Shown: in pieces, positions 39,302-47,305 of the stretch | Position numbering within the stretch: the stretch's first letter is position 1 | Layout: every line of letters starts with the position of its first letter | DNA from: an uncultured Chloroflexia bacterium | Lineage (GTDB): Bacteria; Chloroflexota; Limnocylindria; Limnocylindrales; CSP1-4 | Assembly (NCBI GenBank): GCA_963713975.1 | Contig: OY970218.1 | Coordinates: forward strand, 192,001-256,000 | Reading direction: 5' to 3' | DNA: 64,000 nucleotides | Notes under the pieces: model-generated | The model's database searches: none | The model's input: only the letters and a program-made list of their open reading frames with translations | What the model was told of the DNA's origin: nothing | Translations under genes and position numbers: made by a program

Positions 39302-41980
39302 ATCCCACCGAACGCCACCGCCCGGCCGGTATCCCTCGACGGATATCGGCCCCAAAGGACCCGACTACACCCGCCGCTGAGGCCGGCGGGCCTCTTGGCA
39401 CGCCCGGAGCTCGAAACGGCTCTTCGAACCAGCCTCACTTCCCGAACGCTCACGCTCCTGTCGGCTCCCGCCGGGTACGGCAAGACCAGCCTCCTCGCCT
39501 CGATCACCACTAACCCTCCCCTCCCCCATGCGTGGCTCACCGCGCACGAGGATGACGACGACCCGCTTCGGTTCCTCTATTCCCTCGTCACGACGCTCCG
39601 CTTCTTCGACCCGGCTTGCGGCGCGACAGCAGCTGCGCTGCTCGCCGGGTCCGCGACGCCGGATCCGGCCCACATCCTCGATCGGCTCGTTGATGACCTC
39701 GACAGCTTCGCATCACAACCCGTCGTGCTCGTCCTGGATGAGCTTGAGGTGCTGGGGAATCCGGCCGTGTATGGGCTCCTCGACCGACTCCTCCAGACCA
39801 CCCCAGCACACGTGCACGTCGCCATCGGGACTCGCCGCGACCCCCCGATTCCGCTCGCCCGACTCCGGGCCCGCGACCAGCTCTCCGAGTTCCGCGCCGC
39901 GGACTTGCGACTGACCGATCTCGAGGCCCAGGCTCTCCTCGAAGCTGCCGGTCATCGGCTCGAGTCCGACGACCTGGTCGCGCTCTACGACCGAACGGAA
40001 GGGTGGCCAGCCGGATATCGATTCCTGACCGCGGCCCTGGAGCGGATTCCCAATTCCGCCGATCGAAGCCGCTACGTCGATGCGCTCGCCCGGTCCGATC
40101 GCTTCGCTGCTGAGTTCCTCGTCGACGACGTCCTCATCCGCCAGGATGCCCCCCTCCAGGTCTTCCTCCTCGGGACTTCCATCCTCCAGGAGCTCACACC
40201 GGCGGCCTGTCGAGCTGTCACCGGGCGGACGGACGCGGCCGAGGTCCTGGCAGACCTTGCCACGAGGAACCTGTTCATCACCCAGCTGGAGGATGGGGTC
40301 TATCGGTACCACGCTCTGTTCCGGCAGCTCCTCGAATCCGAGCTCGCACGATCCACCCCTGAACGGGTGCCCCACCTCCACGCCTTGGCCGCCGCCTACT
40401 ACGGCAAGGTCGAGCCGGATCGTACGATGTCGCATCTCATCCGCGCCGGCCTTGACGCCGAAGCCGCCACGCTGGTCGAGGACAGCGGAGGGGCGCTCCT
40501 GCGGCAGGGCTTCACCGCCTCCCTTGAACGCTTGCTGGACCTCCTGCCCGCATCCGTGTTCGATTCGCGGCCCCGGCTCTCCTACCTACGGGCAGCATGC
40601 CGTTTCGAGCAAGGTGACGTCTCCGGCGCGCTGCCGCTGGTCCTGATAGCAATCGACGGGCTCCAGGCAGCGGGAGACCCGCATGGCCTGGGACAGGCCG
40701 CCGCCCTCCTCGCCACCATCGCTGTCGTCCAGGACGACCTCGAGCGTTCTGGTCCCCTCATCGACCAGGCGCTTGCCCTCCCTGTCACCCCCGCCGATCG
40801 GGTGACGCTGCTCCTCGGGAGGGCCCGGCTCGCACTCCTCGATCGTCGATGGGTGAGCGCCCAGAACGACCTGGAGGACGCACTCCGGGTGGCGCAGCAG
40901 CACGAGGAACCGGACCCGCTCTACGCCCTCATGTACCTCCATCCGACCTTCCCCTTCCTTCCCAACGGTCTCGACCTCACCGAGCGGGCATGTGCCCTCG
41001 TGCGGAGCCGCCTCGGCGATCCGCTGCCGGCGGGTCCGCTCCGCATCATGTACGACAGCCAGATCGCGATCTCCCACCTCATGCGCGGCCGCCTCGATGA
41101 AGCGCTCCTTGCCTGCGATGACGGCCTGCAGCTCATCCAACAGCTCGGCGTGGATGCAGGCGGATCTGCCCTCCTACTCGCCACCACCGCCATTTCGGTG
41201 AACATGGCCCGCGACAACGACCAGGTCGTGGACAGCCTGCTGCAGATGTTCGAGCTCCGTGCGGGACGGGCCGGGATGCCTGATGCACAGATCCCCGGTG
41301 CGTTCTTCCTCCACGGGAGGCTCTGCTGGATGGAGGGCAGGCTAGAGGAGGCGCACCAATTCCTCGACCGAATGGCTCCCGCCGTCGACGCGGGGCGCCT
41401 CCCGGGAGTGCCGGTCCTGCGCGCGATTCTCAGCGGGATGATGCTCATGAGCCGCCACGACTTCGAGGAGGCAGAGCGAAGCTTCGTGAACGCCTTGCGC
41501 ATGGAGTCGGATCGCCGTGCCTCGCTGGCGTTCGGAGCAGCCCGACCTCCGCTGGCCCACCTCTACTTCACTTGGGGTCGGCGACAGGCCGCGCTCGACA
41601 CCCTGGGTCCGATGCTGGCCGAGTGCGAGGAGCGGGGAACTCCGGGGATGTTGTTGCGCGAAGGACGGCTCATTGTCCCGGTGCTTCGTTTGGCAGTTGA
41701 GTCGGGGATCCATGCCGGGACCGCCCGGCGCCTCCTCCTTGCCCTCGGCGACCTCGAAGCCCTGCCGGTCGAAGTACCAGGGACCGGCCAGACCCTGACC
41801 CGACGGGAGATCGAGGTGCTCATCCTGGTCTCGGCGGGAAAGGGCAACCGGGCCATCGCCGAGGAACTCTCCATCAGCCTGCACACGGCAAAGCGCCACG
41901 TCGCCAACATCCTCGCGAAGCTCGAGGCTTCGTCGCGGACCGCTGCCGTCGCCCGCTCTCGGGAGCTCGGCATCACCTGA
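39302..41980 (+). CDS. MalT-like STAND ATPase / LuxR transcriptional regulator
   Basis: TRLHPP, APAGYGKT, RTEGWPAG, YRYHALF, C-terminal LTRREIEVL...HVANILAKL; start uncertain. Confidence 0.9.
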   Translation: MPPNATARPVSLDGYRPQRTRLHPPLRPAGLLARPELETALRTSLTSRTLTLLSAPAGYGKTSLLASITTNPPLPHAWLTAHEDDDDPLRFLYSLVTTLRFFDPACGATAAALLAGSATPDPAHILDRLVDDLDSFASQPVVLVLDELEVLGNPAVYGLLDRLLQTTPAHVHVAIGTRRDPPIPLARLRARDQLSEFRAADLRLTDLEAQALLEAAGHRLESDDLVALYDRTEGWPAGYRFLTAALERIPNSADRSRYVDALARSDRFAAEFLVDDVLIRQDAPLQVFLLGTSILQELTPAACRAVTGRTDAAEVLADLATRNLFITQLEDGVYRYHALFRQLLESELARSTPERVPHLHALAAAYYGKVEPDRTMSHLIRAGLDAEAATLVEDSGGALLRQGFTASLERLLDLLPASVFDSRPRLSYLRAACRFEQGDVSGALPLVLIAIDGLQAAGDPHGLGQAAALLATIAVVQDDLERSGPLIDQALALPVTPADRVTLLLGRARLALLDRRWVSAQNDLEDALRVAQQHEEPDPLYALMYLHPTFPFLPNGLDLTERACALVRSRLGDPLPAGPLRIMYDSQIAISHLMRGRLDEALLACDDGLQLIQQLGVDAGGSALLLATTAISVNMARDNDQVVDSLLQMFELRAGRAGMPDAQIPGAFFLHGRLCWMEGRLEEAHQFLDRMAPAVDAGRLPGVPVLRAILSGMMLMSRHDFEEAERSFVNALRMESDRRASLAFGAARPPLAHLYFTWGRRQAALDTLGPMLAECEERGTPGMLLREGRLIVPVLRLAVESGIHAGTARRLLLALGDLEALPVEVPGTGQTLTRREIEVLILVSAGKGNRAIAEELSISLHTAKRHVANILAKLEASSRTAAVARSRELGIT

Positions 41981-41984
41981 CGAA

Positions 41985-42506
41985 ATGGCTCTTTCGAGCG
42001 ATGGCGTGGCAGCGCCCGGATCGTACGTTGCCCTCATGCTCGAAGGGCTCAAGGATCAGGTCGCGGCGGAACTGAGTCGGCACGACGCGTGCGTGCTCAC
42101 CACCAGCGGACAGCAGGGTGTCTGGGCGATCCCGGTCCGCTGCCACAGTACCGGACTCGACGTCGAGTGCCTCGTGCCCCGATGGTCGGACTCGGTCCAT
42201 TTCGTATGCGTGGATCCCGAACTCCTGCTCCTCATTCCCGCTGCGGGAGGGGCAGTGCAGTGGCTCCAGTACTGGGGCCGTGTCGAGCGGGTGACCAACG
42301 ACCCGCGCAGTCACTACCTCACGATCCTCGTCACCCCCAACCGGATCGACGTCATCGATGAAGCCCGTGGCTGGGGAATCCTCGAGAGCCTCGAGATTCA
42401 GGCTGCGAATGGCGGAGAGATGGAAATACAACCAGGGAACGGCCGGACGGTCGAGGAGCGCAGACGGGGTCGGAGTCCCCCGAGGTGGCGACTCGAGCAG
42501 GGGTGA
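41985..42506 (+). CDS. Hypothetical split-barrel (pyridoxamine oxidase-like) protein
   Basis: CVLTT, WLQYWG, VTPNRIDV pattern; 4 bp after the regulator stop. Confidence 0.5.
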   Translation: MALSSDGVAAPGSYVALMLEGLKDQVAAELSRHDACVLTTSGQQGVWAIPVRCHSTGLDVECLVPRWSDSVHFVCVDPELLLLIPAAGGAVQWLQYWGRVERVTNDPRSHYLTILVTPNRIDVIDEARGWGILESLEIQAANGGEMEIQPGNGRTVEERRRGRSPPRWRLEQG

Positions 42507-42580
42507 CCGCATGAGCTCACTCCTTGCATCCTCCCGTCCCAAACCGAAGCAATCCGTACGACCCACAGGGGTGAAGTGAC

Positions 42581-43096
42581 ATGTCAGATGGCAAAGCGAC
42601 ATCGGCCCCTTCCGAGGAGGAGATTCGCAAACGATTCGAGATGGGCAAGGGCATGAGCCAGGGGAAGCTCGGCAATCGGTTGTCCCTCGTGCACGCCGGC
42701 TTCTACCGAATGATGGGTGGGCGGAAGGGCGCAAGAATCAATGACGCCCTGGGCGACCGCCCGGTCCTGCTGCTCACGACGGTCGGCCGCAAGAGCGGCA
42801 AGCAACGGACTGTGCCCCTCATCTACCTCGACGATGGCGACGCCCGGGTTGTCGTCGGATCAAACGCCGGCCAGGCGACCGACCCGGCCTGGATCCACAA
42901 CCTGCGGGCGCAGCCCATGGGCTCCGTGCAGGTCGGCAAGGACCGGATACCGGTCGTCGCGGAGATTCTCTCCGACCAGGCGGCGGCAGAGCTGTGGCCC
43001 CGGCTCAACAGGATGTATCGGGGCTACGAGTTCTACGCGGAGATGACCGATCGCACGCAGCAGGTCGTACGCCTCCGACCCGTTGGCCAGGCGTAG
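42581..43096 (+). CDS. Deazaflavin (F420)-dependent nitroreductase family protein
   Basis: LLLTTVGRKSGKQRTVPL, VVGSNAG...PAWIHNL motifs. Confidence 0.9.
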   Translation: MSDGKATSAPSEEEIRKRFEMGKGMSQGKLGNRLSLVHAGFYRMMGGRKGARINDALGDRPVLLLTTVGRKSGKQRTVPLIYLDDGDARVVVGSNAGQATDPAWIHNLRAQPMGSVQVGKDRIPVVAEILSDQAAAELWPRLNRMYRGYEFYAEMTDRTQQVVRLRPVGQA

Positions 43097-43220
43097 CCTT
43101 CGACGGTCCCGATGCCGGGCGTCGAGGGCCCGTCTGGGCCGCGACAATCAGCCACCGTGAACGCGGCCTCATCCACGTGGGGATCGGAATCGGGACCTCA
43201 GAGCGTGGCGGAAAGCCGGC

Positions 43221-44717
43221 TCAGGCCGACAGCTCGTCCCCGAATTGGACCACCAGCTGAACGAGCGCGTCGACCTCGCGTTCCGTGGTCCGGGGGTTGA
43301 CGAAGCACGGCCGGATCGCGAAGCATCCGTCGACTGTGGTGCTCGACGGGATGATGTTCGTGTCGATGCGCAGGCGGTCGAGGATTCGTCGGTTGAGGTC
43401 GTTCACCTCGTCGTGGTCGACGACGCCCGGCGGCACGTACCGGAAGCAGGTGATCGAGAGCTGCGGCTCCGCCAGGAGCTCGAGGCGCGGGTGCGCCACC
43501 GCAGCGCCCGCCACGGCGCGGGCGAAGCCCACGTGACGTTCGACGCGCGCTACGACGCCCTGCCGGCCGATCTCCCGAAGTAGCGCCCAGACAACGACAC
43601 CGCGTGGCGGCGCGGAGAGCTCCACGCTCTGGTCCGCCCAGCGGCCCGCCATGGTGTCGAACTGCGAGACGGCCTGGGTCGAGAGGGGCGCGAACGACCC
43701 CTCGAGATACGCGGCCTCACCCTCGGCGAAAGCCCGCGTGAGCACGCCCTCGTCGCGCACATAGGTGGCGCCCACGCCAAGGCCGGTCGCGAGCCACTTG
43801 TGCGGGTCAACGATCCACGAGTCGGCATCCTCAACACCGGCAAACAGATGGCGCAGCGACGGGGCGGCGTTCGCGATGAGACCGTAGGCGCCGTCGACGT
43901 GGAGCCAGGTCCCGTACCGCCGGGCCACCTCCCCAGCCCTGCCGATCCGGTCGACGACGCCGGTGTCAGTCACCCCCGCGTTCGCCACGACCGCGACCGG
44001 GACGATGCCTGCGCGGACATCGGCGGCCATGGCCGCATCGAGGGCGTCGATGGATATCCGGCCGTCTTGGTCAACGGGGATCGCTGCCACGCCGTGGCGC
44101 CCGAGACCCAGCACTGCGGCGGCACGGTGGACGGTCCGGTGCGCGACTTCCGACGTGTAGATCCGCGCCCGGAAGCCAGTGGGCATCCCATCCTCGCCGA
44201 CGTCGTGACCCCGGCGTTCGAATGCTGCCTGGCGGGCCGCCCCGAGGGCGAGGAGGTTGGACGTCGAGCCCCCACTCGAGAAGACGCCGGTGACGCCATC
44301 GGGCAGCCCGCACAGCTCGGCGAGCCAGCGCAGTCCCGTGTACTCGAGCGTGTTGAACGATTGGTGGAGGTAGCGCTGGCCGCCGGCGACCGCCGATGCG
44401 GCAAGGGCCGCCGCCGGGACGGTCGCTGCGCCGGTCGTGATGAAGCTGAGCCAGCCCGGCGCGCTGATCCGGCTGCCCTGGATGACAGCCTCCGCCAGGT
44501 CGTCGATGGCTGCCTCTGCACCCACGCCGCGGGCCGGCAGCGGGCCGGCGGCCGTCGGCAGGCTGCCCGGAGGCGGAGCCGGGAAGGATGGTGCGGCGTG
44601 GCCGTCCGTGTAGATATCGAACGATGGCGCGAGGCGGCGGAAGAGCTCGTCCATCCGGACAAGCTCGGCGGGCTCGGCAGGGAGATCGCGGAGGGACGGC
44701 GGGGCGGGACGTTCCAT
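43221..44717 (-). CDS. PLP-dependent group II decarboxylase (aromatic amino acid/glutamate type)
   Basis: SGGSTSN, AGVTDTG, HVDGAYG, DPHKW motifs. Confidence 0.9.
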   Translation of the reverse strand: MERPAPPSLRDLPAEPAELVRMDELFRRLAPSFDIYTDGHAAPSFPAPPPGSLPTAAGPLPARGVGAEAAIDDLAEAVIQGSRISAPGWLSFITTGAATVPAAALAASAVAGGQRYLHQSFNTLEYTGLRWLAELCGLPDGVTGVFSSGGSTSNLLALGAARQAAFERRGHDVGEDGMPTGFRARIYTSEVAHRTVHRAAAVLGLGRHGVAAIPVDQDGRISIDALDAAMAADVRAGIVPVAVVANAGVTDTGVVDRIGRAGEVARRYGTWLHVDGAYGLIANAAPSLRHLFAGVEDADSWIVDPHKWLATGLGVGATYVRDEGVLTRAFAEGEAAYLEGSFAPLSTQAVSQFDTMAGRWADQSVELSAPPRGVVVWALLREIGRQGVVARVERHVGFARAVAGAAVAHPRLELLAEPQLSITCFRYVPPGVVDHDEVNDLNRRILDRLRIDTNIIPSSTTVDGCFAIRPCFVNPRTTEREVDALVQLVVQFGDELSA

Positions 44718-44865
44718 GACGGGGCATGGTCGCACAGCCGGCAAGCGAGCCGACGTCGCGTGCCCGGATCATGACGACGGGCGAGGTGGCGCTTGCCATG
44801 CAGCGCCGCCTGTCGCCACCGTGGCGACCGTTGCGTCGATCGCCGTTCTGACCGATCCTTGGTTG

Positions 44866-45471
44866 ATGCCGTCCGACCTCGAGGCCAACCCGCTGCTCGC
44901 CGTTGTCTGGGTCGGGATGGTCATCGGCCTGGTTGCGCTGTGCATTCTGCTGTGGACCCAGCTGCAGCAGAGGTCGAGGCGCTATGGCGGCGGCAAGCGT
45001 GCCGCGATCGTCATGGCGCTGGCCGTCGTGGGGCTGCTGGTGGCGATCGCACCGGACTTCCTGCCGATGGACATCGGGATCTTCCTGCTGGTCCTCTCGG
45101 TCGTCGCCATCTACAAGCCCGAGCAGGTGATCAAGGCCACGGGCGGCGCCCGTATCGAGTGGCGTGCGCTGCGCGACGGACGCGAGCTGCAGCTCCTCGT
45201 CAAGGAGCATGGCGGCCCCCTGTACGCCAGGCAGAACGCAGAGGTGCAGGAGCGGTTCGAGGCGCTGTCCTCGGTGGAGGGGCCCGAGACGGAGGTCTAC
45301 ATCGGGCTCCTGCGGGAGACGCTGCTGGAGGACCCGGATGCCCCCGGCTTGGACGCGAAGCTGGCCGGCCTGGCCGAGGCGGATGCCGCGCTGCGGGAGA
45401 CGATCGGCGCCCGGCCGACCTGGGAGAAGGAGCTGGAGCGCCGCGCCGCGGCGGGAGCGCCGGTCGAATAG
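44866..45471 (+). CDS. Hypothetical membrane protein
   Basis: Three TM helices then a soluble helical tail; GC-biased codon usage. Confidence 0.7.
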   Translation: MPSDLEANPLLAVVWVGMVIGLVALCILLWTQLQQRSRRYGGGKRAAIVMALAVVGLLVAIAPDFLPMDIGIFLLVLSVVAIYKPEQVIKATGGARIEWRALRDGRELQLLVKEHGGPLYARQNAEVQERFEALSSVEGPETEVYIGLLRETLLEDPDAPGLDAKLAGLAEADAALRETIGARPTWEKELERRAAAGAPVE

Positions 45472-45473
45472 CC

Positions 45474-46385
45474 CTAACGGCGCGGGGTGAAGTCCCAGGC
45501 GATGGGCTCACCGCGCCAGGCGTCCCGGGCCAGCATGGCCGCACCTTCGACGGGTTCCAGCTCCAGCGTGATGATCCGTGCCCATGGCGCGCCGTCGAGC
45601 ACCGCCGTGCGGATCCGCCTACCGAACCAAGGGGACGCGTCGAGCAGGCCGCCGTACACGACCACCGCGGGCTTGGGACCCAAGCCCAGGCGAGTCACCT
45701 CCTCCCGGACGGCCCCCGAGACACGCCCGCACCAGCGGCTCACCATGCGCTCGGACAGCCTGTCACCACGCTCGGCAGCGGCGACGACGGCGGCGCCCAG
45801 GTGTGCGGCCTCGGGGGCGGGACGACGACCGGTCCAGCGCAGATGCTCCGCCGCGATCGCGCGTTGCAGCTCCCCGTCGCCCCGACCACGCCGTGCCGCG
45901 CGAGCCGCGAGGGCCCCCAGCACGTACCCGCCACCGAAGATCCCGTGGCCGCGGTCGGTGACACGGCCATCAGGCCCGCGCCCGATGACGTTGCCGCCTG
46001 TTGAGACGGGAACCACCAGGCCCACGGCATCGGATGTGCCGGCCCGCAACGCCGCGAGGGTGTCGTTCACGACGCTGACCCGGGTCGCGGGCAGGCGGGC
46101 GACCAGGGCAGCTTCGAGGGCGCGAGCGTGCTCCGGTCGGTCGATGCCGGCGCCGGCGACCAGGAGGAGCGCGATGGCCCGGTCCGTGGCTGCCTCGCGC
46201 CCCAGGGCTGCGATCCGGTCTGCGGCGACGGCCGCGCCGTGCCGCTTGGGGTTGGCCCCCGGACCCTCGGCGCGGGCGATGTGCCCGCCGTCGGGCGTGA
46301 CCGCAATGGCGACGGACTTCGTCGCCCCGGCGTCGACGCCGACGAGCGCCAGTGGCCCGGGATCGGCACGGACGTGCGTGGTCAC
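45474..46385 (-). CDS. BadF/BadG/BcrA/BcrD ATPase family sugar kinase (GlcNAc kinase-like)
   Basis: GVDAGATKS, GANP, AGID, VVNDT, STGG motifs. Confidence 0.85.
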   Translation of the reverse strand: MTTHVRADPGPLALVGVDAGATKSVAIAVTPDGGHIARAEGPGANPKRHGAAVAADRIAALGREAATDRAIALLLVAGAGIDRPEHARALEAALVARLPATRVSVVNDTLAALRAGTSDAVGLVVPVSTGGNVIGRGPDGRVTDRGHGIFGGGYVLGALAARAARRGRGDGELQRAIAAEHLRWTGRRPAPEAAHLGAAVVAAAERGDRLSERMVSRWCGRVSGAVREEVTRLGLGPKPAVVVYGGLLDASPWFGRRIRTAVLDGAPWARIITLELEPVEGAAMLARDAWRGEPIAWDFTPRR

Positions 46386-46554
46386 ACGGTCATGATCGCC
46401 GACGCGTTGCGGGCCCGTGTCGGGCGTTGCGCGTGCGCCGCGCCGGAGCTGCGGCCGGAGCTGCGGCGGGGGTCGCACGCGGTCGCGCCTGGCGCGCCAA
46501 GCGCTAAGCGTTAGCCGGCGGCGAACGCTCCAAGGCCCAACGCGACACTTGCCT

Positions 46555-46742
46555 TGCGTCCGCAGGCCGATGATCGCTGTCAGCGAACGTCAAGGCCGCT
46601 GGGGTACTGACACGTTCCGGCGGGAGGTCTTCGGCCTCCAAGCGTTCACCCTGGGCGAACGCGAGTACAGGACGGGTCGCCGAACGCCAGTGCAGGGCGT
46701 GCCGACGAGCCAAGGACGCAGTCCCCGGCGCTGCGCCCGGGG
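46555..46742 (+). ncRNA. Candidate structured RNA
   Basis: tgcgtcc/ggacgca closing helix, cUUCGg hairpin, further stems, 3' GC hairpin. Confidence 0.35.
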
Positions 46743-46767
46743 CCGCGCTGATCTAGCACGCCCGTTC

Positions 46768-46883
46768 TGTGGACAACGGCCCGGTGGGATCGGGGACAAC
46801 CCGAGGACCCGGGTGGATGACCGGCCGCACGGTGTGGATGACCCGCCGCGGGCTGTGGACCACGGACCCCCGCAAGTGGACCC
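46768..46883. promoter_or_regulatory. Array of six co-oriented DnaA-box-like 9-mers
   Basis: TGTGGACAA, CGGGGACAA, GGTGGATGA, TGTGGATGA, TGTGGACCA, AGTGGACCC at 46768/46791/46812/46833/46854/46875. Confidence 0.7.
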
Positions 46884-46921
46884 ATGCAGCCCCGGGACGG
46901 CGCGTTTGACGAATCAGGCTG

Positions 46922-46970
46922 ACAACAACATGTTGCGATGCGAACCATGTCCGGACCACAACATCTTGTG
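46922..46970. promoter_or_regulatory. Tandem NrdR boxes
   Basis: acaACAACATGTTGcg and accACAACATCTTGtg, 33 bp apart, directly upstream of the nrdJ promoter. Confidence 0.85.
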
Positions 46971-46980
46971 GTTTTCGGGC

Positions 46981-47009
46981 TTGACCGCGCCCCACCTGCA
47001 CCGTACAGT
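46981..47009 (+). promoter_or_regulatory. Sigma70 promoter of nrdJ
   Basis: TTGACC-17 bp-TACAGT. Confidence 0.75.
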
Positions 47010-47305
47010 TTGAGGGTCGCCCCGCCACCGGACGACCCCTCTGAGCATGTCACAGGCGCGGTCCAGAACCCCGCGCGCGTGCCCCGAGGAACCCGACTGG
47101 CGGAACGACCCGACGGACGGCCCCGTCAGCTACGTCACCCCATCTTCGTGACCGCGGGACCACCAGCCGGACGGAGTCCTGTCTGTCCGCGGCCCACCTC
47201 CCGCCTGGCATCCGGGAAGCGGCCTGCGCGAGCGGGACCCCCATCCGGTCCGACGGTGGCAAGGCGAGGTCCCGCGGACCGCGGGAGCGGAGGAGTACAC
47301 GAACC

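Noticed and set aside
46503-46515. LacI operator GCTAAGCGTTAGC
   Set aside because: One base short of the symmetric CTAAGCGCTTAG, single site, no LacI gene in the window
46567-46590. Hammerhead ribozyme core
   Set aside because: CCGATGA...GAAC deviates from CUGAnGA...GAAA at essential positions
46768-46883. CRISPR array
   Set aside because: 9-bp degenerate units at a 21-bp period are far too short, and there are no cas genes
47080-47140. c-di-AMP riboswitch in the nrdJ leader
   Set aside because: Only CCCGTCAGCTA and GGAACC fragments match; GCnGAAUCC and GGGGUGAAU are missing
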